From Campylobacterota bacterium (GTDB lineage Bacteria; Campylobacterota; Campylobacteria; Campylobacterales; Arcobacteraceae), in assembly GCA_051746405.1 (NCBI GenBank), contig JBNJFB010000012.1, positions 1 to 53,709 of the forward strand: a DNA stretch of 53,709 nucleotides. The letters run 5' to 3'. The notes under the pieces were generated by a model. The model saw only the letters and a list, made by a program, of their open reading frames with translations, did no database searches and was not told the origin of the DNA. The position numbers and the translations under genes were made by a program. Shown here one piece after another: positions 10,368 through 21,387 of this stretch (positions are counted from its first letter, which is position 1; every line of letters begins with the position of its first letter).

Positions 10368-11015
10368 ATGAAAAAAGTATTAATCAGTTCAGCTGTAGCA
10401 GTGCTACTTTTAGTTGGATGTACAGATGAAAAACCAAAAGAGCAAGAGTCACAAGCTACAGAAGTAGCCCAAGAAACTACTAAAAAAGTAGAAGATACAA
10501 AAGCTCAAGCACAAGAAGAGAATATACAAGAAAGTGTAGCAAATACAGCCCAAGAGATAAAAGATGAGGTATCAAATACAACATCAGAAGTTGTACAAGA
10601 GGCATCAAAGACAGTAGATGAAGCTTCAAAAGTAGTAGAAGAGACTATGCCTGAGGTTAAAAAAAGTGTAGATGAAGCAGTTCAAGAGACACAAAAGACA
10701 ATAGACAATGTAAAAAAAGAGACAAATGAAGCAATCAAAGCTGTAGCAGGAAGTACAACAAATGAAGAGAAATCAATAGATGCAAAAGCCCTATATGCAA
10801 GCTGTGCAACATGTCATGGACAAAATGGTGAGAAAAAAGCACTTAACGCATCACAAATAATCCAAGGATGGGATAAAGAGAAACTAATCAAAGCCCTAAA
10901 TGGATACAAAGACGGAAGTTACGGTGGAGCTATGAAAGGCGTAATGAAAGGACAAGTATCTACAAAAACTAATGAAGAAATAGAAGCACTAGCTGAATAT
11001 ATCTCACAGATGTAA
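10368..11015 (+). CDS. Lipoprotein c-type cytochrome (c553-like) with a long acidic linker
   Basis: Lipobox LLLVGC; E/T/A/K-rich linker; CATCH heme motif and GGAMKGVM axial-Met region. Confidence 0.85.
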   Translation: MKKVLISSAVAVLLLVGCTDEKPKEQESQATEVAQETTKKVEDTKAQAQEENIQESVANTAQEIKDEVSNTTSEVVQEASKTVDEASKVVEETMPEVKKSVDEAVQETQKTIDNVKKETNEAIKAVAGSTTNEEKSIDAKALYASCATCHGQNGEKKALNASQIIQGWDKEKLIKALNGYKDGSYGGAMKGVMKGQVSTKTNEEIEALAEYISQM

Positions 11016-11051
11016 AAATGTAAATATAAAACATTTACTGACCTACTAATA

Positions 11052-11083
11052 CCCAAACCTTCAAACCTCAAAGAAGGTTTGGG
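11052..11083 (+). terminator. Hairpin between the cytochrome c gene and the cas operon
   Basis: cccaaaccttc...gaaggtttggg 11-bp perfect inverted repeat. Confidence 0.6.
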
Positions 11084-11187
11084 AATATCTTTTTGAATAT
11101 AGAAAAAATTATATAGATTAATTTATTATTATCTGACTTTAAAATATAAAAGAGTATTATAGTAATAATATTTTATTAGGAGTCAGT

Positions 11188-11925
11188 ATGAAATATTTTG
11201 AACTAAAATGCTTGGCATATATTAAAAAAGATATTGAATTAAATAGTAGTTTTGATATCATATCTAGCTATATAAATTATTGTTTCACAAAAGATGAGCA
11301 ATTAAAAAAACTTCATGAAGAAAAAAACTTCAAAAACTATTGTTTTGGGAACTTTTACCCAATAGAAAAAGATAAACTATACAAAAAGGGAAACACCTAT
11401 GAGTTTATAATTCGCTCATTGGATGAAGAGTTTATTTATAAACTTCAAAAAATATTAAGAGAAAATGTAAACAACAGTTTTTTTCAAGTACTACAAACAA
11501 CAAAAAAAGTCGTAAAACAAATTTTTATAAGTGAACTATATACAATAACCCCAACTATTACAACTGTAAAAGATGAAAATAACAAATCAATATTTTGGAC
11601 AGTAGATAAAGATGGAGATATCTTAAAACTTCAAAAACAACTACAAGATAATCTTTTAAAAAAATATGAAAACTTTTATAATGAAAAACTAAAACCAACA
11701 CAAAACTTTATTCAATTACTAGAAATCAAAAATCAAAAACCACAATCAATATATTTTATGAAAAAGATAAATGATGATAAAAGCATAAGAGTAAGACTCT
11801 TTGGAAATAAGTTTAAAATAGTACCAAATGAAGATGATATAAGTCAAAAACTAGCATTTGTTGCACTTTCTTGTGGACTTGGTGAAAAACAGAGTTATGG
11901 CGGAGGGTTTTGTATATGGAATTAA
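11188..11925 (+). CDS. cas6: CRISPR endoribonuclease Cas6
   Basis: C-terminal Gly-rich loop GLGEKQSYGGGF; first gene of the cas operon. Confidence 0.9.
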   Translation: MKYFELKCLAYIKKDIELNSSFDIISSYINYCFTKDEQLKKLHEEKNFKNYCFGNFYPIEKDKLYKKGNTYEFIIRSLDEEFIYKLQKILRENVNNSFFQVLQTTKKVVKQIFISELYTITPTITTVKDENNKSIFWTVDKDGDILKLQKQLQDNLLKKYENFYNEKLKPTQNFIQLLEIKNQKPQSIYFMKKINDDKSIRVRLFGNKFKIVPNEDDISQKLAFVALSCGLGEKQSYGGGFCIWN

Positions 11926-13616
11926 TTCAAGAAAGTTTATTTGATGTTACTCCAGAAGATAAAGTAATTTTTAAAAAATTTACGGTAAAAGATGTATTTT
12001 TTAATAATGGCATAGTAAATTTATATCGGTTTTTAAAAGAGAATAATTTTGATATAGAATTAGAGTTTCAAAGTGATTATTTAAAATTAAAATATAAAAA
12101 TGAAAAAATATATTTTGAGGTTTTAAATAAGTTTTTAAAAGATAAAAAAATTGTTAGTTTTAATGAAAAAAATAAAAGAATATTTTTTGATATGAAACAA
12201 AAACAGTTTACACAAACCAATAAAATCAATATAAAAAATGGTGGTAGTAATGATTCTAAAAACTCTTTAATAAAAGTTCATATAAATGATTTAGGAATAT
12301 CTCAAAAAGAACTATTTAAAAAAGAGGAATTATACAAATCAAAATATGATAATCATGATAAAGATGATTTCAAAATTGAAAAGTGTTATTATGATAAATC
12401 AAAAAAAGAAGTTTATGTACTATCAACTTTAGATAAACATATAGAAAGGTTCTCATCTTATTTAGTAAAAGGTGATTTTTTAGTTTTAAACTCTTCTATT
12501 CATAATTTTGAAGATGGTCAGAAAAGCTTTCATGATATGGTAAAAATATCTAAAAAATACAATATTGATAAATGGGAAGCTTTAATATATTGGTTTGGTA
12601 CAAAGGTACAACACTATTTTAACTATTCATTCTTTATCTATCCAAACTCTTCAAATTTTGAAGCTCTTGATATTTTTAAATATGATTTGCAAATTAGTGA
12701 TGAAAAAATATCTTTTAGAGATAAAAATGAAAAACTTATAACGACAACTTCAAATATTAATTTTAAAGACCAATTAGTAAAAGACGATATATTTAATCCA
12801 TACTTTTATATTTCAAAAAGTGATGTAGAGTTTGAATTGAAATTTTTTATGTATCTATTTTCTAAAATTTCTCATATAGAAGAGGAGTATGAAAAAGCAA
12901 ATAAAAAAAGGAAAAAACTTAAAGAGAGAATTTATAATGCTCTTCAAGAGATTACATTTGTAACATATGTTGAGGATGGAACTTTCAAAAAATCTTTAAA
13001 TGAATATACAAAAGCATATCAACTTATAAGATTTTTTGAAAAGATAAAAGAGGCTGAGCTATTTACTTATTTTGCAGATATCTTTGTAACTTTATCTATG
13101 TCACAAGGTCCTAAAGAGGTAAATGTAAATTATCAAAAGTGGTGTAAAGGATTATTAGAGTTTAAAGAACTAAGAAAATATTACTACTTGATAAGTTTTA
13201 ATATTTTAAAAAATCAACAAGCAAAATCTTTTGGAAAAGGTTTATATGAGTTCGAAAAACTTTATTTAAAAAATATAATGGGAGAAAAAAATATGAATAT
13301 TCATGAAAAATCAAAAATATTAGGGGATTCAATAGGGTATTTTTGTGCGCAATTAGGAGATAAAGATTTACTTTTTAAACTTAGAAATGTGAAAAATTAT
13401 AAACAATTATTATCATATTTTAAAGACTTAAAGTTTGCAAGTTTAAAAAATGAAGAAAAAGCTAGGTTTTCAAAAGAGTTTAATGAATCTTTAGAAGAAG
13501 TTTTAAATGTTTTAGAAAATGAATGGGAAATAGTAAGGGATTATATTGCAATTTATGCAATTGATAAATACAAAGCTACTAATTATAGAAATAAAATGAA
13601 AAAAGAAGGGAAATAA
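11916..13616 (+). CDS. cas8: Type I-B large subunit Cas8 (divergent)
   Basis: About 566 aa between cas6 and cas7; FFNNGIV N-terminal motif; GGAGG RBS before ATG 11916; call is largely positional. Confidence 0.75.
   Translation: MELIQESLFDVTPEDKVIFKKFTVKDVFFNNGIVNLYRFLKENNFDIELEFQSDYLKLKYKNEKIYFEVLNKFLKDKKIVSFNEKNKRIFFDMKQKQFTQTNKINIKNGGSNDSKNSLIKVHINDLGISQKELFKKEELYKSKYDNHDKDDFKIEKCYYDKSKKEVYVLSTLDKHIERFSSYLVKGDFLVLNSSIHNFEDGQKSFHDMVKISKKYNIDKWEALIYWFGTKVQHYFNYSFFIYPNSSNFEALDIFKYDLQISDEKISFRDKNEKLITTTSNINFKDQLVKDDIFNPYFYISKSDVEFELKFFMYLFSKISHIEEEYEKANKKRKKLKERIYNALQEITFVTYVEDGTFKKSLNEYTKAYQLIRFFEKIKEAELFTYFADIFVTLSMSQGPKEVNVNYQKWCKGLLEFKELRKYYYLISFNILKNQQAKSFGKGLYEFEKLYLKNIMGEKNMNIHEKSKILGDSIGYFCAQLGDKDLLFKLRNVKNYKQLLSYFKDLKFASLKNEEKARFSKEFNESLEEVLNVLENEWEIVRDYIAIYAIDKYKATNYRNKMKKEGK
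13293..13616 (+). CDS. Putative Cas11 small subunit translated from an internal start in cas8
   Basis: In-frame ATG at 13293 preceded by GGAG-AAAAAAAT; 107-aa helical C-terminal domain. Confidence 0.65.
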   Translation: MNIHEKSKILGDSIGYFCAQLGDKDLLFKLRNVKNYKQLLSYFKDLKFASLKNEEKARFSKEFNESLEEVLNVLENEWEIVRDYIAIYAIDKYKATNYRNKMKKEGK

Positions 13617-13617
13617 A

Positions 13618-14541
13618 ATGTTTTTAAATATCGCATATATAACAAAAGTAAATTTAGCATCATTAAATGGTAGTGAAGGAACAGGTGGAAATATAACAGA
13701 AATGAAAAAAACCTCTAGTGCAAATGGTGAAGAGTTTGCTTATGTATCTGGACAAGCCTTAAGAAGATATTTTAAAGAGACTTTACATCAATTAGGAGAA
13801 AGAATAACAGAAGTAAGTGAGAAAGGTGAACCAACATTTAGAGATGAGAATGGTAAATATATTGATCTTGATAAGAAATTAAAAGATGTAAAAGAAAAAG
13901 CTTTTAAAAAATTTGTTGATCTGGATTTATTTGGATATATGTTCCCAAGTGGTGGTCGAAGATGGTCTCCTATAAAAGTTACTCCACTTATTTCAATTTT
14001 ACCTTATAAGGGTGAATATGATTATCTTACTAGAAAACAAAAACCTAAAAAAGAGAATGAAAAAAGTGGAAATATAGTACAAATAGAAGTTGATACATTA
14101 AATTTTATGAGAGGTAATATTATGGTAAATATCTCTCATATAGGGAATGAAGTAGATGAATATACATATGATATAAGTGAAATACTTAATGTTGATGAAA
14201 AAAATCATAGATTAAATATATTTTTAGATGCTGTTAAAAACTTTAATGGTGGAGCAAAACAATCAAGAAATTTAGAAGATATTTCACCTAAATTTATTGT
14301 AATATCACATCAAAAAACTGGAAACCCATTTTTATTAAATAGTCTTGATGTAGACAGTGAGGGTAATATAAACATTGAAAACATTTTAGAAACTATAGAA
14401 GAAAATGATGTGGAAAAATTAACAATTGGTATATCAAAAGGGATATTTAACAATGAAGATGAGATAAAAGAAAAGTTTGAAAATGTTACAACTGTATCAA
14501 AAGCACTACAAGAGTATAAAAATCTTTTAAAGAGTAAATAA
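13618..14541 (+). CDS. cas7: Cas7 (Cst2/DevR family)
   Basis: ASLNGSEG.GGNITEMKK, YVSGQALRR, DLFGYM, RWSPIKV, GGAKQSR.LEDISPKF. Confidence 0.92.
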   Translation: MFLNIAYITKVNLASLNGSEGTGGNITEMKKTSSANGEEFAYVSGQALRRYFKETLHQLGERITEVSEKGEPTFRDENGKYIDLDKKLKDVKEKAFKKFVDLDLFGYMFPSGGRRWSPIKVTPLISILPYKGEYDYLTRKQKPKKENEKSGNIVQIEVDTLNFMRGNIMVNISHIGNEVDEYTYDISEILNVDEKNHRLNIFLDAVKNFNGGAKQSRNLEDISPKFIVISHQKTGNPFLLNSLDVDSEGNINIENILETIEENDVEKLTIGISKGIFNNEDEIKEKFENVTTVSKALQEYKNLLKSK

Positions 14542-15272
14542 TGAAAGTTATAAGATTTGAGATACAAGGACTTGTAAACTCATATAGAATACCTTTTTTT
14601 AGAACTTATCATAAAAGTTTTTTAGCACCTCCTAAAACTACTTTAATAGGTATGCTTTGTAATATCTCTTTAAAATCTCAAAAAGAGTTTTTTGAGATTT
14701 TGGATAAAGAGTTGATAGAAATCTCTATTGTTATAAATGAGATAAAAGGGAAAGCTAAAGATTTATGGAGATATAAAACTCTAAAACCACTAGAAAAGGG
14801 AAAAAGAAAAGACTTTTCTGTAGTGAGGAGGGATAAACTGTTTTTACCAAGCTATTTAGTTTATTTAAAAATAGAAGATGAAGAGTTTTATAATGAGATT
14901 CTTGAAAATCTAAATAAGCCTAAAAATACTCCATCTTTAGGTATGGATGATGAACTTATAGAAATAAAGAATATAAAACAGATAGAACTAACTAAAAATG
15001 ATACTAATAAAATAAACAGTGTATTTTTAGATAAAGGGATAAAATATAAATCATTTATAAAAGATTTACACAAAAATATAGAGTTCCCTATATTAAATAT
15101 AACACCTACAAAGTTTATAGGTTTTGATAAAAAGAATAAAAGAATTTCTAAAGAATCTAAAAAAGATTATGAGTTTAATCAAGTTGAATATTTAAACTGT
15201 GAAATAGAGTTTCAAGATGAAGTAAAAACTTTTATAGATAATGAACTTGAAAATAAAGTGATGTTTTACTAA
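14541..15272 (+). CDS. cas5: Cas5
   Basis: G.VNSYRIP...SFLAPPKTTLIGML N-terminal Cas5 motif; PSLGMDDEL. Confidence 0.9.
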   Translation: MKVIRFEIQGLVNSYRIPFFRTYHKSFLAPPKTTLIGMLCNISLKSQKEFFEILDKELIEISIVINEIKGKAKDLWRYKTLKPLEKGKRKDFSVVRRDKLFLPSYLVYLKIEDEEFYNEILENLNKPKNTPSLGMDDELIEIKNIKQIELTKNDTNKINSVFLDKGIKYKSFIKDLHKNIEFPILNITPTKFIGFDKKNKRISKESKKDYEFNQVEYLNCEIEFQDEVKTFIDNELENKVMFY

Positions 15273-17491
15273 TGGAAATTTTAGCTAAAAAGTTACAAGT
15301 AGATGGGAAAATTGTATCTATTCAAACTTTAGAGGAACATACAAACTGGGTAATAGAAGAATCACTTAATTTAATAGATGAAAGTTCACTTGAAAAAGTT
15401 TCTAAAATAAGTGGCTGGGATAAAGATAAAATCTTAGATTTGATTTTTTTTAGTGCTTATTTTCATGATATAGGCAAGGCTACAAAAGAATTTCAAAGTA
15501 CTATTAATAATGGTAGTAAATCTTATCACTCTTTATATTCTGCAAGTGTTTTATCTACTTTTGATGAGTTTGATATAAATGGAGAACATGATAGTTATAT
15601 AAATCTTTTAATGATACTTTGTTTAACTCATCATACTTTACTCCCATATAATGTAAAAAAAGTTAAATATAGTTTTTTAGATGTAGCCGAAGTGTTTTTT
15701 TATGGGTATAAAAATGTTTATGAAAAATACTTAAAAAAAGAGTGTTTATATAAATTTGATTTTGAAATAGAAAATGATATTTCAAATGAAATAAATAGTA
15801 TGGATAGTGACTTAAAATATATAAATAAAAATCATAAACTAAGAATATTATATACATACTGTAGCGGTATACTAAATCTAGCAGACTGGTTAGCAAGTGC
15901 AAGATTTAGTAATAGTTTTTTACCTAGCACTTATTTTAATAATATTCCTACAAAAGAGAGTTTTATATCTAATTTATCTTTTGAGAGATTAAGAGGTTTT
16001 CAGAAAGATTTATCAAACTGTAAAAATAGTGTTTTAGTAGAAATTCCAACAGGAGAGGGAAAAACTGAGGGCTCACTTCTTTGGTCAATAAAAAATCTCT
16101 ATGATAAAAACTCTAAGATAATATATACTCTTCCAACACAAGTAACTTCAAATAAATTATATGAAAGAATTACTACACTTTTTGGTAAAAAAGAGTGTGG
16201 ACTTATTCATTCTTCTTCAAAGTTATATTTGGAAAAAGAATATAAAGAAGAACATGGAGTAGTAGATGATTTTTTTAAAAGTGAGATAACATTTAATAAA
16301 AACTTTTCAAAGCCAGTTACTGTTTCTACTATAGATTCACTTTTAAAGTTTTTTATAAATATCGGTAGATTTAATATTGCTACTAAAAACTATTTGAACT
16401 CTATTGTCATAATAGATGAGATTCATTGTTATGATTTTAAACTGATGGGTTTTATAAAAAAGTTTTTAGAGCTATGTTGTGAATTTGATGTGAAAGTTTG
16501 TCTTATGAGTGCTTCTATACCTAATGAAGTCAAAAAGTTGCTAGATATTGAAAATTACCCACTAATAAAAGAGGAAAAACTTTTTGAGAAAAAAGCAAGT
16601 GAGATTATTAAGATAGATGAAGAGTTAGATGATAATTTTGATTTGATACTTGAAAAGTTTGAAGAAAAGAAAAATGTACTAATCATACGAAATACAGTAA
16701 GAAGTGCAACTGATACATATAAAAAATTAAGAGATGATTATTTAATAGATGAAAATGATTTGATACTTTATCACTCAACATTTAAAAAACGAGATAAAAA
16801 TCAAAAAGAGAAAGATATATTTGAAAAGTTAGATGGAGGTAAACCTTTTATTCTAATAGCTACACAAATTGTAGAGATATCTTTAGATATAGATTTTAAT
16901 ATAATGTTTACAGATAATGCTCCTATAGATGCCTTAATACAAAGGTTTGGTAGGGTAAATCGTAAAAAAGTAGAATCTAAAAAAGGGGAAATATATATTT
17001 TTAGATATGAGCAAAGATTTCCTTATAGTTCTGAGTATCTTTTAGAATTAACATTTAAAACTATAGAAAATGGGTATTTTGAACTTAGTAAATATGTAGA
17101 GTGGCTAAATATAGTTTATGATGAGCTTTTTAAAGAGGATATAAAGACTCAAAATGAAGTAGAAAGATTATTTAATAATGGGTATAACTTTTATGATGAA
17201 ATACAAAAAAAACTTTGTGGAATAAAACAATCAGAAGATAAATATGATCTAAGAGATATAACTATTCCTAAAAATGATTATTTACTTTATGAAGACTTTA
17301 TAAGTGATGATATTGAAAGTAAGGATTACCATGAATATACAATTTCATTACCTCATTATTATGAAAAGAAGTATTTGTATCAAGCACTAGAAGAAAAAAA
17401 TTATAAAATTTTGAATATTTCTTATGAGTATAAAGAGGGATTGAAGGTTGATGATGAAGAAAATCAGGGGCTATATGAATTGGGGATGTAG
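15272..17491 (+). CDS. cas3: Cas3 HD nuclease-helicase
   Basis: FHDIGK HD domain, THH, LADWLAS, PTGEGKT, DEIH, SAS, QRFGRVNR. Confidence 0.95.
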   Translation: MEILAKKLQVDGKIVSIQTLEEHTNWVIEESLNLIDESSLEKVSKISGWDKDKILDLIFFSAYFHDIGKATKEFQSTINNGSKSYHSLYSASVLSTFDEFDINGEHDSYINLLMILCLTHHTLLPYNVKKVKYSFLDVAEVFFYGYKNVYEKYLKKECLYKFDFEIENDISNEINSMDSDLKYINKNHKLRILYTYCSGILNLADWLASARFSNSFLPSTYFNNIPTKESFISNLSFERLRGFQKDLSNCKNSVLVEIPTGEGKTEGSLLWSIKNLYDKNSKIIYTLPTQVTSNKLYERITTLFGKKECGLIHSSSKLYLEKEYKEEHGVVDDFFKSEITFNKNFSKPVTVSTIDSLLKFFINIGRFNIATKNYLNSIVIIDEIHCYDFKLMGFIKKFLELCCEFDVKVCLMSASIPNEVKKLLDIENYPLIKEEKLFEKKASEIIKIDEELDDNFDLILEKFEEKKNVLIIRNTVRSATDTYKKLRDDYLIDENDLILYHSTFKKRDKNQKEKDIFEKLDGGKPFILIATQIVEISLDIDFNIMFTDNAPIDALIQRFGRVNRKKVESKKGEIYIFRYEQRFPYSSEYLLELTFKTIENGYFELSKYVEWLNIVYDELFKEDIKTQNEVERLFNNGYNFYDEIQKKLCGIKQSEDKYDLRDITIPKNDYLLYEDFISDDIESKDYHEYTISLPHYYEKKYLYQALEEKNYKILNISYEYKEGLKVDDEENQGLYELGM

Positions 17492-17986
17492 ATGAATATA
17501 AATGGAACATTAATCTCATACTTTTTTATATGTAAGAAAAAATCATGGCTTCATGTAAACCGTATAAACTTAGAAGATAATAGTGAAGATGTTCGAATAG
17601 GAAAAATCTTACATGAAATAAATGAAGAAAAATCTAAAAAATCTGAAATAAGTATAGAGAATATAAAAATTGACAAGCTTACAAGGGATTATTTGGTTGA
17701 GGTAAAAAAATCTGATAGTGATGTGGAGTCTGTAAAATGGCAAGTTTTACTTTATCTTTATAAATTAAAGCAAAAAGGTGTGATAAAAAAAGGCAAGATT
17801 GAGTTTATCGAGAAAAACAAACAAAATAAAAAAATACATTATATTGAACTTGATGAGTTAAGTGAAAAAAAGCTTTTAAAGATTTTGAATGAAATTGAAA
17901 CTTTGATAAATCATGACACTCCACCACAAGCAAAGTTTGAGTCAAAGTGTAGAAAATGTGCTTATTATGAGTACTGTTTTATATAA
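17492..17986 (+). CDS. cas4: Cas4
   Basis: N-terminal Cys, RecB-like IDK...EVKKS, CRKCAYYEYC Fe-S cluster ligands. Confidence 0.95.
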   Translation: MNINGTLISYFFICKKKSWLHVNRINLEDNSEDVRIGKILHEINEEKSKKSEISIENIKIDKLTRDYLVEVKKSDSDVESVKWQVLLYLYKLKQKGVIKKGKIEFIEKNKQNKKIHYIELDELSEKKLLKILNEIETLINHDTPPQAKFESKCRKCAYYEYCFI

Positions 17987-18003
17987 GAAAGCAAAGGCTA
18001 CAA

Positions 18004-19008
18004 ATGGCAAAAAATCATACAAGATACATATTTTCAATGGGTGAATTAAAAAGAAAAGATAATTCTATTGCTTTTATGAATAAAAAAGGCAATTTTTATA
18101 TTCCTATACAAGATACAAGAGAGCTTTATTGTATGAATGAAGTGAGTTTCAATACAAAGTTTTTAGATTTTATTTCAAAAGCTGGGATAACTTTACATCT
18201 TTTTAATTATCATGGAAATTATAGCGGAAGTTTTTATCCAAAAGAGCAACTAGTAAGTGGAGACTTGACTATAAAACAGTCTTTATGTTTTATTGAAAAT
18301 AGATTGATTATTGCAAAACAAGTAGTAAAATCCATAGCTTTAAATATTCATGAGGTTTTGTATCACTATTTTAGACATGGAAAAAAAGAGTTGAAGAATT
18401 ATCTTGATTGGTTAAAAAGTGATGTTGAAAGATTTTTAGAAAAAGAGCTTACAATTGAGCAAATACTTTTTATAGAAGGTCAAGTTTGGTCGCGGTTTTA
18501 TGATAGTTTTAAATACTTTTTACCAGAAGATTTTGTCATGAATAAAAGAGTAAAAAGACCACCCAATAATCCTATAAATGCACTTGTAAGCTTTGGAAAT
18601 ACACTGCTTTACACAAAAACTATTTCAAGTTTATATGAAACTCATCTAAACCAAACAATCAGCTTTTTGCACTCTCCAAGAGAAGGAAGATTTAGTTTAA
18701 GTCTTGATATAAGTGAAGCTTTTAAGCCTATAATAGTTTTTAAAACTATATTTGATTTGGTTGGTAAAAAGAGGCTTCAAGTAAGTAAGCATTTTGATAA
18801 AAGTCTAAATTATGCTTTATTAAATGATGAAGGAAAAAAGATTTTTATTGATGCTTTTGAAACAAGAATAAATGAAACTTTTATGCACAAAAGATTAAAA
18901 AGAAAAACAAGTTATAAAAACTGTATAAAGCTAGATGGGTATAAACTTATTAAGTATATTGTGGAAGAAAAAGAGTTTAAACCTTTTAGTTTAAAAGAGA
19001 AAATATAA
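18004..19008 (+). CDS. cas1: Cas1 (type I-B)
   Basis: RPPNNPINALVSFGNTLLY, FLH, LSLDISEAFKP. Confidence 0.95.
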   Translation: MAKNHTRYIFSMGELKRKDNSIAFMNKKGNFYIPIQDTRELYCMNEVSFNTKFLDFISKAGITLHLFNYHGNYSGSFYPKEQLVSGDLTIKQSLCFIENRLIIAKQVVKSIALNIHEVLYHYFRHGKKELKNYLDWLKSDVERFLEKELTIEQILFIEGQVWSRFYDSFKYFLPEDFVMNKRVKRPPNNPINALVSFGNTLLYTKTISSLYETHLNQTISFLHSPREGRFSLSLDISEAFKPIIVFKTIFDLVGKKRLQVSKHFDKSLNYALLNDEGKKIFIDAFETRINETFMHKRLKRKTSYKNCIKLDGYKLIKYIVEEKEFKPFSLKEKI

Positions 19009-19335
<327 letters not shown>

Positions 19336-19520
19336 TTTTTGCAAGCATTTAAATCTAATATTATCTTAAAATAGCTATAATATCGAACTTTGTATAAGTT
19401 CTTTTACAACTTACTGTTTTACAATATTCAGTTGGAAAAACTTCTTCAAAGTACCAATTAAAGGGAAAGTGTATTTTAGATAAAGGGAAAGTGTATTTTA
19501 GAAGTACCTAAAACATCTCC
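19336..19520 (+). promoter_or_regulatory. CRISPR leader containing a perfect 22-bp tandem duplication
   Basis: AT-rich non-coding DNA between cas2 and the first repeat; TAAAGGGAAAGTGTATTTTAGA twice at 19459-19502. Confidence 0.8.
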
Positions 19521-21378
19521 CTTGAACCAAAACATATGATGTATTGAAATGTTATCGAGAAAGTGAATACTTTAGAAAATGATATACTTGAACCAAAACA
19601 TATGATGTATTGAAATGTAATTTTTTCAATATCGTTTTTAGATGTTGGCTCTTGAACCAAAACATATGATGTATTGAAATTAGTTACGATTGAGTTGTAT
19701 TTGTCACGCTTAATCCTTGAACCAAAACATATGATGTATTGAAATTAAGTATTTGTCTATGTTGAACTTACAGATAGCTCTTGAACCAAAACATATGATG
19801 TATTGAAATACTGTTCTTAAACCTCTTGGGCGAACAGTACCCTCTCTTGAACCAAAACATATGATGTATTGAAATTGTGCATCAACTTTTTTTGATTGCC
19901 TTCTTACCTTCCTTGAACCAAAACATATGATGTATTGAAATTTTGATAAGTGCCTTATCACTCTTTTTGTCTCTTTCTTGAACCAAAACATATGATGTAT
20001 TGAAATCCTAATGCGATACCTGCAACCTCTTTTATTGTCACTTGAACCAAAACATATGATGTATTGAAATTATAGAATTTTTAGGATTAGATAGCAAAGG
20101 TAAATCCTTGAACCAAAACATATGATGTATTGAAATAGATACTGTAAGGAAATATAAATGACGTATTATCTTTCTTGAACCAAAACATATGATGTATTGA
20201 AATAATTAAATTTATATTATTTAAAGATGTATAAGCAGACTTGAACCAAAACATATGATGTATTGAAATTCTGCAAGCTTTCTGCAACAAAATCTTGCAG
20301 CTTAACTTGAACCAAAACATATGATGTATTGAAATCTATATAGTCTTTAGCTACACTATATGTTTTATTCTTGAACCAAAACATATGATGTATTGAAATT
20401 ATTTCTTACAATAATCTACCCAAACACCTTGTCCTCTTGAACCAAAACATATGATGTATTGAAATTTAAAAACAGAGGATAAAATTTTAAGAGTTTTAAT
20501 ACTTGAACCAAAACATATGATGTATTGAAATACTATTACACCATCTTTCTTATCTTTTGAAAAAACTTGAACCAAAACATATGATGTATTGAAATTTTTT
20601 AGGATAGTAAACTTTAGTTTTACCTTTATCTTGAACCAAAACATATGATGTATTGAAATAAATCTGGATGAAATTTTTTCGCTAAATTTTTATAAACTTG
20701 AACCAAAACATATGATGTATTGAAATCCATTAAAGATAGAAGAAATACAAACTAATCTACTTCTTGAACCAAAACATATGATGTATTGAAATGATATATT
20801 ACTTGAAACAATTTTGATTACAGAAAACTTGAACCAAAACATATGATGTATTGAAATCAGAAAATTACAAAATAAAAAGGAATAAAATGAACCTTGAACC
20901 AAAACATATGATGTATTGAAATTCAGGAAACCTTTAGTTATTTATATAATCAATTGCTTGAACCAAAACATATGATGTATTGAAATTATGTTCAAAAAGT
21001 TTTGCTGTTGCTTCTGTTAGCTTGAACCAAAACATATGATGTATTGAAATAATATAAAGCTCTACTGATTTTATTGCTTCTTATCTTGAACCAAAACATA
21101 TGATGTATTGAAATCCATTAAAGATAGAAGAAATACAAACTAATCTACTTCTTGAACCAAAACATATGATGTATTGAAATTATTAGGTTCAATGATGCTA
21201 TTTGGGGCAGCTTATACCTTGAACCAAAACATATGATGTATTGAAATATTACTTATACATGCAAGGGAAATAGATAAGGCATCCTTGAACCAAAACATAT
21301 GATGTATTGAAATCCGTTAAATAACCCACCTCCTGAGCCTGAAGCTTCCTTGAACCAAAACATATGATGTATTGAAAT
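19521..21378 (+). CRISPR. Type I-B CRISPR array: 29 repeats CTTGAACCAAAACATATGATGTATTGAAAT (30 bp), 28 spacers of 34-37 bp
   Basis: Repeats counted by eye; 3' ATTGAAAT end and the position of the leader give + orientation. Confidence 0.98.
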
Positions 21379-21387
21379 TTATCTAAT

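Noticed and set aside
11016..11925. CreTA-like mini-array or repeat-like RNA near cas6/cas8
   Set aside because: cas6 and cas8 overlap, and no degenerate repeat copy was seen upstream of cas6.
19710..20902. Minus-strand ORFs containing MFWFK / FQYIICFGS repeats
   Set aside because: Translations of the CRISPR repeats, not genes.
19551..21348. Self-targeting spacers within the window
   Set aside because: No match noticed by eye; a real alignment would be needed to exclude it.
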